Assembly (NCBI GenBank): GCA_965202585.1
Contig: OZ241826.1
Span: 104,036,001-104,100,000, forward strand
Direction of reading: 5' to 3'
From: Thalia democratica
Taxonomy: Eukaryota
Length of the DNA: 64,000 bases
Below are positions 30,001-42,000 of the stretch, piece by piece (positions within the stretch are counted from its first letter, which is position 1; every line of letters starts with the position of its first letter). The position numbers and the translations under genes were made by a program. The notes below the pieces were generated by a model, which ran no database searches, was not told the origin of the DNA, and saw only the letters and a program-made list of their open reading frames with translations.

Positions 30001-33000
30001 CTTGAACTTGTGAGGAGTATATTTGAGTGAGAGTGTTTTTGCTGGGTGCTGTCAGTTTGCGTGATGCTAGTATCTGTAAGAAAAGTTTGTGTTTAGACAT
30101 GTTTAAAGCTGGTAAAAAATGTCTAAGTGTTCTTTTTGTATCATTTTATAGCACTCGTATATTTTTGATGAGAAATAGGCTTAGTAATATAAAGATAACA
30201 AAACACGTTAAACTTCTTATTGATAATAATAATAAAAGGCCCGCCATCAGCCGAGATCGGCTATGCGTAATTGTGCATAGAGAGTAAAAATTAATAATAA
30301 TTATAAATTAGTATTAGTTTCTTATTGGATTAGTGTAGTTTAGTAAAAATAAAAAACAGTGTACTCATAAATTTTTTTTTTAAATCAATATTTTTGATTT
30401 GAAGCATTATGACGCATTTGAGCATACCTAAAATTATTATCATTGTTTTAGTTAAACTGTTTAGTAGCGCACTTTGTGTGATTTTTTCTTGAAAATTGTT
30501 TCGAATGAAAACTTTCAACTCACTGAAACGGCACACAGGAAACAACATTTAGTTGAAGTAAATGATTTTATTCAATATTTCTCTATTTATGAATTAATGT
30601 ACAAAAATAACATATAGATTTAGAAAAAATGAATTTTGGCTCTTCCCAATTTTTTTGTTGCTTAACAACTTCTCAATGGTAAATAAAATAGCAATTACTA
30701 TTAAACATCAAATGCTAAACTAACTGCGACGTATTTGAAGTAAGTAGCATCAGTGGTGACCAAACTCATTGCTTTTGACAACAGAACATCACTATTCACT
30801 ACATCTTCATCAACTGATCTTGGTTTGTATTGGTCAATAGCAGCTGAAACGTCAGCGAGGTACAATTGAGGTGTTGCATAGTGAGCAGAAGTTGTGGACG
30901 TAAGAAGTGAAAATCCATTTTTGCCATTTGTAAATGTGTAAACTGAAACCTAAAAATAGAAATATTTTAAAAGTTTTCATAAACAAACTTAACCTTTTAT
31001 AGTATTGTTTTCTTACTTTTGCTTTTTCTGATCCGATCGAAAATTCTTTCAATGCATTGTTGAGATACAAAAACAAAGACTGGTAGAACAAATCGTTCTT
31101 GAAATAAATTTCGTCTACAAGGAAGACCAACTCTGCTCTTACATCGCAAACATTAATTTCAGTTTTCTTAGTAGTTGTTACGTCTGGTTCGACCTTTTCG
31201 GTTGTTGTAGTAACACCTGGTTGAACCTTTTCAGTTGTTGTAGTAACACCTGGTTCGACCTTTTCAGTTGTTGTAGTAACACCTGGTTCAACCTTTTCAG
31301 TTGTTGTGTTAATTCCTGGTGTAACTCCTGGTTCAACCTTTTCAGTTGTTGTAGCAACACCTAGTTCAACCTTTTCGGTTGTTGTAGTAACACCTGGTTC
31401 GATCTTTTCAGTTGTTGTAGTAGCAACTGGTTCGACCTTTTCAGTTGTTGTAGTAACACCTGGTTCAACCTTTTCGGTTGTTGTAGTAACACCTGGTTCG
31501 ATCTTTTCAGTTGTTGTAGTAGCAACTGGTTCGACCTTTTCAGTTGTCGTTTTAACGCCTGGTTCAACCTTTTCAGTTGTTGTGGTAAAATCTGGTTCAA
31601 CCTTCTTAGTTGTTGTAGTAACACTTGGTTCAACCTTTTCAGTTGTTGTAGTAACAGCTGGTTCAACTTTTTCGGTTGTTGTAGTAACACCTGGTTCAAC
31701 CTTTTCAGTTGTTGTGGTAACATCTGGTTCAACCTTCTTAGTTGTTGTAGTAACACTTGGTTCAACCTTTTCAGTTGTTGTAGTAACAGCTGGTTCAACT
31801 TTTTCGGTTGTTGTAGTAACACCTGGTTCTACCTTTTCAGTTGTTGTAGTAGCTCCTGGCGTAGCTTCAGGTTCACTCTTTTCGGTTGTTGTAGTAACAC
31901 CTGGTTCAACCTTTTCAGTTGTTGTAGTAACACCTAGTTCGACCTTTTCAGTTGTTGTGGTAACACCTGGTACGACCTTTTCAGTTGTTGTGGTAACACC
32001 TGGTTCGACCTTTTTAGTTGTTGTTGTTACGCCTGGTTCGACCTTTTCAGTTGTTGTGGTAACACCTGGTTCTACCTTTTCAGTTGTTGTTGTAACGCCT
32101 GGTACAACCTTTTCAGTTGTTGTAGTAACACCTGGTGCAACCTTTTCGGTTGTTGTAGTAACTCCTGGTACTACCTTTTCAGTTGTTGTAGTAACACCTG
32201 GTTCGACCTTTTCAGTTGTTGTAGTAACACCTGGTTCGACCTTTTCAGTTGTTGTAGTAAATCCTGGTTCAACCTTTTCAGTTGTTGTAGTAACACCTGG
32301 TTCAACCTTTTCAGTTGTCGTAGTAACACCTGGTGCAACCTTTTCGGTTGTTGTTGTAACACCTGGTTCGACCTTTTCAGTTGTTTTAGTAATTCCTGGT
32401 TCCACCTTTTCAGTCGTTGTAGTAACACCTGGTTCGACCTTTTCAGTTGTTGTAGTAACACCTGGTACAACCTTTTCAGTTGTTGTAGTTGCTCCTGGTG
32501 TAGCTTCTGGCACAGTTTTTTCGGTTGTTGTTGTAACTTCCGGTCCAACCTTCTCAGTCGTTGTTGTGACCCCTGGTTCAACCTTTTCAGTTGTTGTAGT
32601 AACTCCTGGTACAACCTTCTCAGTCGTTGTGGTAACACCTGGTTCAACCTTTTCAGTCGTTGTAGTAACACCTGGTTCAACCTTTTCAGTTGTTGTAGTA
32701 ACACCTGGTTCGACCTTTTCAGTTGTTGTGGTAACACCTGGTTCTACCTTTTCAGTTGTTGTTGTAACGCCTGGTACAACCTTTTCAGTTGTTGTAGTAA
32801 CACCTGGTGCAACCTTTTCGGTTGTTGTAGTAACTCCTGGTACTACCTTTTCAGTTGTTGTAGTAACTCCTGGTTCAACCTTTTCAGTTGTTGTAGTAAC
32901 ACCTGGTTCGACCTTTTCAGTTGTTTTAGTAATACCTGGTTCGACCTTTTCAGTTGTTGTAGTAACACCTGGTTCGACCTTTTCAGTTGTTGTAGTAAAT

Positions 33001-36000
33001 CCTGGTTCAACCTTTTCAGTTGTTGTAGTAACACCTGGTTCAACCTTTTCAGTTGTCGTAGTAACACCTGGTGCAACCTTTTCGGTTGTTGTTGTAACAC
33101 CTGGTTCGACCTTTTCAGTTGTTTTAGTAATTCCTGGTTCCACCTTTTCAGTCGTTGTAGTAACACCTGGTTCGACCTTTTCAGTTGTTGTAGTAACACC
33201 TGGTACAACCTTTTCAGTTGTTGTAGTTGCTCCTGGTGTAGCTTCTGGCACAGTCTTTTCGGTTGTTGTTGTAACTTCCGGTCCAACCTTCTCAGTCGTT
33301 GTTGTGACCCCTGGTTCAACCTTTTCAGTCGTTGTAGTAACACCTGGTTCAACCTTTTCAGTTGTTGTAGTAACTCCTGGTTCAACCTTTTCAGTTGTTG
33401 TGGTAACACCTGGTTCGACCTTTTCAGTTGTTGTAGTAACACCTGGTTCTAATAATTTTCCTGTTTTATTTTAACTCAATTTTCGATCTTAAAGTTTTTT
33501 TTTAGTTTATTTTATTATAATTACTTATTTTATCTAATTAAAAAACAAAGTTTTAAAATGTTGTTAATAGTCCTTATAACTACTCTTACGCTACTTAGTT
33601 CTGTAACACTAAAGGTCTTTCTTTTGCAGAAATATTAAGTTTTTAAAGACTTTTAAATTATAAGTTATAAAAAATATACCTAAATATAACATTGTAGGTA
33701 AAAAAATGTTTCGAGAATTTTAATGAAATAATTTTCCTACTGAGAAGTGCACAATTGTGTTCAGTTTAACTTAAATCATATCAATAACTTTATAAAAATG
33801 TTTAAAAAAAATTGAATATTTATCACAAAACAGAAGTTTGTAGAGTCATTAAGTCTTTTACAATAACAATTAGTGAATAGGTTATTACGCTATAAACAAG
33901 CATATTATTTTAAAACAAAAATATAATCATGTTTATATGTTTTTAACAATTTCACAAACAATTTTTAGAATAAACAAACCTCCGCAAATTCTTTGCAACA
34001 GAGGACCTACAACTTTCGGCAGCTCAAACAAATCTTCGGGGAATTCAAATAAATCACTATGTATGTCCTTCAACCCGTAAATACCTCCTTCAGTGTCGTT
34101 GAAGGTCGTATTTGTTTGGGGAGCCACCACTAGGTGCTGAACTTGTTCGTTGAAATCAGGTTGGTAAGGTTGTTCGAGGTAGAGTTCCTCGGAATTAAAC
34201 AGAAGAACGATTTTGCGAGCATCATTTCTTACGCCGATGCCGTCTGTAACAGTTTAATAAGTCCCTTGATGTTTTTTATTTTGTAAGCGTTTCTTAAAAA
34301 TTTAGAACTAAATTTCAAACTAAAATAAACAGATAGTTTATGAGAAAATATAAAAAGTTAACTATAACTTGTTTAAATAATCATTAAGTAATTACATCTT
34401 ATGCCTTACGTTAATTGTAACAATTAATTACGATATTTGTTATTGATAATTGTAAGAGATTAAGCAGCTGTTTACCAAGGAAGTCCATTGTAAGAGTATT
34501 ATTGACGAGTGATTCTTTGTCAAGAGTCATGTCTGTTGATTCCATTTTGTTTATATTCAAAACAAGCTGGTTTTCATCTGCTGATTCAGTTATTCCTACT
34601 CCGTGCGGTAAACTTGTTTCCAGTTCATACTCCCCAAATGTAACTATTTGTACCTATGAAATAAAAGTAATTTATAATTAATGTTATAGATAAATAAAAT
34701 CGCTTCTTTAGCCTGTATCCAATTTTATTGTTCTATTAATTTTTAAACTTAGTCGAATTAAAAAAAAATGTTTTTTATTAAAAACAAAAATGTAATCAAA
34801 CACTCGATAACAACTTACTCTGGTTTGTGATTGGCTTATGTAGAACTTAGACACGAGATCGGTCAACACTTCCTTGTATGTTGGTAAATATTCTTCTTCA
34901 CTATCCAACACAATAACCAGGTCCGTTGGTGGCATCGATATGCAACCTGGAAGGTTTAATAAGTCATGTTTTAAAGTATGAATGTTAAGTTTTTTTTTTT
35001 TAAGTTATCCAATTCATTGTTAAAAGCTGTAACTGTATTTATAACGTACTTTACACAAACTCACTAATTATTTATTTCGTCTTTATGAAACAAAAATGCT
35101 TTAAAAGTACATGTGTAGAACTGGTGTAGAAATCAGATGTTTGTTTTAAAAGAGGTTTAAAAAGAAGCTGATTTGTTTTTATAACTTTTTTCAAACATTT
35201 AAGTAAGTACTATGTTAGGTAGCATTATGTAAAGTTAATCGTGTGTTCATTTAAACATTAAACGCTACTTTCAAATCTGTTTAAAAATGTACTAAAAGAA
35301 AAAATGATTAGTACAAGTTGAAAGTTTGATAAACTAACGGTCAGGTTGTGGAATATTGCACACACTGCTACCGACATCAAACACAATATCAGCCAGCTCA
35401 TCGAAATCATCAACTGTCAGCACACTAGAGGGCACCGAAGATATTTCTTCCAACTTCATGCCGTCTGTTGAACCCACACCTACTGTGACCACGTGGAAAG
35501 ATGTGTCACGCTTCAGTGAATTCACAACCATATCCTTCTGCTTCTTGAACGCCTCTGGTTTCATGTGGTAGTCCTACAAATTAAAATTTAAAAGTTTATA
35601 AAGTTACGACGTTAAAGTAGAAATTTAAGCTTCATAATATAGCCCATTAAAAAAACAACCATAGCAATTAGTCGATAAACTGTTTGAAAATAATGAAAAT
35701 AATAAAACTGCACTAATAGAAATATAAAGTATTATGTTTTTACACTACTATAATTAAATCAGCCTTTACTCGGACTGTTGTCGTTAAAAAAATTGATGCA
35801 TTACGTACAATATAGCACTATCAGTTAAATTGGAGTAGAAAGCATACAACGTTTTAGAATTTAAAATAACAAACTAACCTAAGCTTTTCTACCGGTAAAA
35901 CTATTACAGCATTAAATTGGTAACAGTTTATAAATAATATCAAGCCAACCTTAGCTCTGCCATCGGTGATGAGCACAAGCACGAACGGAACTTTCTCCCT

Positions 36001-39000
36001 CCATCTCCTGCCCTCATCTCTGCTCTCCAGGTAGTAGTCCAACATGTCGGACACGGCCGTGTAAGTAAACGTGGATCCGTGCATCCTCTTCATGACGTCA
36101 ACTGCGTTGTAGAGTCCCGATCTGTCCCGCTTGTATGCGTTCATGTCCCATTCTAATTTGTTCGTTTGAGTGTATTGAGCCATGCCGACCTGGTTTGATT
36201 ATAGTTTTGTTTTATAGAGTGTTTCTAGTGTTTTGTGTTTTAAAAGCGCTGGTGTTAGAATAAGTCACAATACTTTAGCTTATAAACTTTTGATTTATTG
36301 AAATGAAACAAAATAATGTTGGCTATATTTTTACTGTGATAATTTTAAGAACTTTTAAACAATTTAGTAAGTGTACAACTAAAATATTCTTCTTATGTAT
36401 TTCAAACAAACTAACTCTGAGTTCGTCTTGGTCGACATCAAACCTTTCAATAACATTTTTAACAAACAGCTTCATTTTTTCATAATCTGCATCTGGTACG
36501 CTGCTGGTTGAGTCCAGTAAAAACAATACGTCTCTCACGCAGTCAAGCGGAACGTCTTTAGGAGGCATCGTACTTGAAGAAGGAGGCATTGTGCTTGACA
36601 CTGAAGGAGCTTTAGTTGTAGTTGACACGACAAGTGGTTTGGTTTTATCTTTTTCAGTTGTTGTTGTTTTGACTGCTGGCGGTGGCTTCGTGGAAGGTGT
36701 TGTCGTCTTTTTCGGTTCTGTGGACTTTTCTTTTTCTGTTGTTGTCGTTTTTACTCGCTTACTGGTTGTTTTCTCTGTTTCTTTTGTTGTTTGTTTTTGC
36801 GTACTTGTAGTTGTTTCTTGCTTTGTGGTTGTAACTATTTGTGGTCCAGTAGTTGTTTGTCCAGCAGCTTAAAAAGTATTAATTCAAGGTTTAAAAAATA
36901 TTCATTATTTTGTCATAAGTATAACATTTAACAAATGTGTGTAGTTATTAAAAACCTTTTAATATTGGTATCGAAGTAAGGTTGACCGTGGTTTTAGTAT
37001 TTTATAAAATGGATAAAACTTAAAAAACTTGACAATTATTTTATATTTAATCATTATCTTTAATAGTATCTGACAGAACATACCTTGTACACCGGTCACA
37101 TAATCGATGGTCACTGTAAAAAACACAATTTTTAATATATATATTATCAAACTACTATCTCATCAAAAACTGTATTAAATAAAATGTATTCGTGCGGAAC
37201 CAAACGAAATTTTTATCTTGTGTTTTATAAAATAAGGTACACATATCAAATACATAAAGCAGTTTAAACTTGTTTAAGAAAAAAGTCTACTTTTTCTAAA
37301 CATTTATAACTAAGCAGAACAAGTACATTGTACTTAGTACGGTTGTAAAAGCTCAAAAAACATCTAAATGAAAAATAAAGTTCTTATTTTATTTTGTTGT
37401 AATAAACAAATACAAGCAAAGCTACACAAGCTTTAAGAGTAAATAAACAACTAACGCTTGACGCAAATTTGTTCCAACAGCGGGTTCAAAGTATCAGTCA
37501 GATTGCTCAAATCTTCCTTGACTTGCACGTAGCTCTGGTTCTGTATCTCCCCGTAGTACAATGATTCCTGCAACTCTTTCATAAAGTTCACCGCACCCAC
37601 CACCGCTATTTCAGGTTTCTCCAATGTGTCCATCCAGTCAAAGGGGTACAAGTAGTCGTCCTTGGGGTAGCTTGTCATCATTATAACCACTTCCACGCGT
37701 CTGTCTGCTTGGATTGCAAGCTCGCCTGCAATGATTCGTTTGTATATTTTACAAAGTGATAAGTTTTGAAAAAAAACACATTTTTATCATACTTCATCTC
37801 AGCTCTATGTTTCAATGCTTATTTTTGTATCTAATATTTACTAATTTTTGGCAACCATGGTATTGTTTTAAACTTATAAAAATTGTTCAATTTTTTTGTA
37901 ATATGTTATTAAGATCCTTTTATATTTAAATAACTACTATAAATACATAAAGCAGCCTTTGTTAAAAAGTTGATATTCGAAAATTAAAGTAATTGTTATA
38001 ATTTGCTTGCTAAGTTTACTGTTCATAATTCTTTTTTGCAGAACCAAAAACTGTTAAATCACTTAAACTGTTCAAAACTTTTATTTCTTATACAAAAATT
38101 ATGAAAACAAAACTAACTCAACAACACTTCTTCAGTTAAGAGATTGTTAAATCCCTCATTGAAGTCAACGGGACCTTCAACGCTCTGCAAGTTCTGAATG
38201 TTCGCAGTCACTGTTTCGTATTTGTCCTCCATAGCGAACCCATGCGGCATTTTTGTGTGGTGGCCCGCTCCGTACATTGCTACGCTCACCTGGATATTTA
38301 TTATTAATAATAAATTTAAATTTTGTTTGTTTTTGCAATCAAACTTCTTTTAACATAACTTTATTCTAAACATACTACTACGTAAAAACAAGGTACAGGT
38401 ATAATCTCTATCAAATAAGCTTAAAATGTTGAACTTTTTTAGACTTCTGCGATTATAACTCGTTTAATGCAAAGCTGTATTCGAGTTAACAAGATTAAAA
38501 TGATTAAACTGTACTATTTTTCGAAACTCAGACTGATCAGAAAATTTTGTATGGGTTCTTGTTTTATACTAGTGTAATTATAGTCTAAATACTATACTAG
38601 TAAATTTGACTATTACTATTTAAGAGTGCTCGATTTACAAGTGTAAAGAGCTAATAATACAGAGCTAACGCACAATACAACAATCAATTGCAAACCTGAT
38701 AACAGAAACTACAATAAATACGTTAATTCAACAGAACTATCAAAACTAATTCACAAATTGAAAAACGAAGGAGAGGATTACAAATTAAATTGGAAGATCC
38801 TAGAAAAAGTAAACAAACACCAACCAGGAAAAACAACATGCAAGCTTTGCTTGAAAGAAGCCCTCAAGATATTACAAGCAAGCAACAACTGTATCAACAA
38901 AAAATCCGAACTTATGGGCAGTTGCAGACATAGGAACAAATTTCTGTTGATGAATTGGAAGCAAGCAATTAGCCAGCATAACAAATGTTCAAATTAGGGT

Positions 39001-42000
39001 TTTGAATTTTGAGTTTTTTTTTTTTTTTTTTTTTTGTTAAATGTTAAATATTCCGTTTCAACTTAAATTAAATTCATGCATTGTGTTTAACCATTACTAG
39101 TTGATATGTTGCTTTTTAATGTTTTGTTTTATTTCGAAGTATATTAAGAATTAAAGCCAATCCTCTTGCCAAAACCTTTAACTATAATCAAACATTTTGA
39201 TATTATTATTATAGTTACAATACAATACATTTTTCTAATTGCTAACTTAATCTAATCAAAATAATTAACAAAAAGCATTTCTACTTTCTCTCTCTCTCTT
39301 TTTTCTCTCTCTTTTTACTTTCATTTACTTTATTTTTACGCATGAATAGTTATTTTGTATTTATTAACAGTTGCCTAAAACGTGCTTATTCTTATTTTGT
39401 TGAAGCCTGAAGAGATTGACTATCTGTCTTTCGAAACAGCTGTTGTTAAATAAAATAAACTATAGCACTCTATTTGTAGTCTAAATACTACATACATAGT
39501 TAAGTTAAGTATACGTATATAGACTAACTCTGCCATTATCAGGATGAATGGGTATCTTATCAACAATCGACTGCATCCAAGACTTAAAAAGACTCAGATC
39601 GTTTGCGTTTGTTCCTTCGATAACGAACAACAAGTCCGTATCCGGCATCAAACATTCTGGATAAAGTGAAAATTGTTGTCAACAAAAGCGTGATTGCATT
39701 TTAGATTTATGAAAAAATTATAAACGTAAATAAACAGTATATCCTTTTTCTTTTATATATTACTGCTTTAATTTGAAAAATAGAACTTAGATTGATCAAA
39801 GTTTTCAAAAACTAAAATGTCATAATCTTATAAACTTAATTTTAATTGCTTCAAAAAAAGATTTAATATTTTTAAAGCTCTTCTATTAATATCATAATAG
39901 GTTTACCCAAAATTATAAAACAATAACACGCTCTTGTTAATTAGTAGCTTTAAAATCTGCACCTAAAAACTTTATAACCTTAATAATCCAAAGTTAGGCT
40001 TTCTTTAAATTTTACCAACCGTAAACCAGACGGGTTGTTACTTCACGCAGAAGAGTTGTAGTTGCTCCTGGTCCAACTTTAATAGTTGTTGTCGTTACTA
40101 AAGGTTCTTCTGTTGACGTAGTAACAACAGGTTCTTCGGTTGTTGTAGTAACTACAGGTTCTTCTGTTGACGTGGTAACTACAGGTTCTTCTGTTGACGT
40201 AGTAACAGCAGGTTCTTCTGTTGACGTAGTAACTACAAGTTCTTCGGTTGTCGTGGTAACAACAGGTTCTTCTGTTGACGTGGTAACAACAGTTTCTTCT
40301 GTTGACGTGGTAACAACAGTTTCTTCTGTTGACGTGGTAACTACAGGTTTTTCTGTTGACGTGGTAACAGCAGGTTCTTCTGTTGACGTGGTAACAGCAG
40401 GTTTTTCTGTTGACGTGGTAACTACAAGTTCTTCTGTTGACGTGGTAACAACAGGTTCTTCTGTTGATGTGGTAACAACAGGTTCTTCTGTTGATGTGGT
40501 AACAACAGGTTTTTCTGTTGACGTAGTAACAGCAGGTTTTTCTGTTGACGTGGTAACAACAGGTTCTTCAGAAGTAGTAGTTTTGACTTCTTCAGCTGTT
40601 TTAGTTGTTTTAAAAGGTTTTTTGGTTGAAGTAATTCGGGGAAATTCTTTCGAGGTTGTTGCACCAACAGAAGATTGAGTAGATGGTGGGCCTTCTGTAA
40701 TATATTTGTTTATTTGGTTTAATTGGAATGTTTTATGTATTTAATGAATTATTATGGGTTAAAACAGTTAATACAAATAAGCAAATTCAGCAAGAAATAA
40801 AAACAATACTAAAACTGTGATTATATTAATACAAGTTTTCGTGATCAACAGCTACTTTAAAAAACAAAACTACCTACAACATTTAAAATAGACAGATTTT
40901 CGTCTGTTTTAGTTTAACAACTAAATGGAATTAAAACAGCTGAAAAATAAAAACTTACCCTGACAAATGTTTTGGAGAAGGAACTCTTCTGTGTGCATTA
41001 GAGAGTTATTATAGTCGACAAACATAAAGTTTTCAACCGGAACGTCAATAAAAGCATCTACGTAAGACGTATCATTGTTGAGTTCATCCACCGCTCCTAT
41101 GACGTACACGTTGGTATTGGGAGAAACTGTTTTCATCGAAGTTTGATTGGCGGGTGATTCTGATAAAAGCAAGATTACGTGCCGGATGGATCCTTCTCTC
41201 ACACCCAAGTGATCTGTATTTTGTAAAAGTTTTATTTATGCATGTTTTATAAAACAATATGCTTAGAATTTAGAAACTTGTTAGTCTTGCGTAAACACTA
41301 TCTGTATTATAAAAGTTTCAATCTTATTTTGAAATTTAAGAACTCTTTGGAATAAAACTCTAAAGATAGTGTCTCTACTCTTATACCCAAATTAGTACCA
41401 GTTTAGCTTATTTGCTTTGTATGTATTAAATATTACTAATTTAGTACACTTTCTACCCAATTTTTAAAAAACCTCATTATAAGTTTTAAACCATTTTAGT
41501 TACAATATCAAACGAACCTAGCGTATCTTGTAGAACTAGTTTCTCGAGCATATTTTCCGTGGAATTTCCATCGTCGTAATCATAATCCTGGCTATAATCG
41601 TGAGCTGCAATGTTGAAAGCATCAAGATTGTTCATGAGATCTTCCAAGTTTTCAGAGCTGGTGAGTTGGAAACCGTACGGAACCACCCAATGAGGTCCGT
41701 TTCCGTCAAATGTCACGACTGATATCTGTAAAATTTGTGTTTTTACAAGTTAAAGTTCAAAATAGATAAACTGAAACTAACATAAAAACTGTAATATGAA
41801 TTATTGTATTTTTCTTGCACCAAAATATTTATGTAAACTTAAATTTCTGTGTAATTTTTTTTTTTGATATACGAAAACTGTTAACCAGTGTTGTAAAATT
41901 TATTAAAAAAAAAACAATTTTACCAAATTTACTATGTAGTACCCACACAAAAATTAAACAAAATATAATTACTTTAGTATGAGTGTTGCTGATAATGAAA

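Noticed and set aside
30249-30280. Two small overlapping hairpins (AGCCG/CGGCT, CTATGC/GCATAG) in a GC-rich intron patch
   Set aside because: Stems of 5-6 bp are too short to support an RNA or transposon-end call, and there is no second copy in the window.
30330-30548. Intronic ORF as an extra exon
   Set aside because: AT-rich with no domain similarity; exons 30725-30949 and 27579-30073 already join in phase, as in the other modules.
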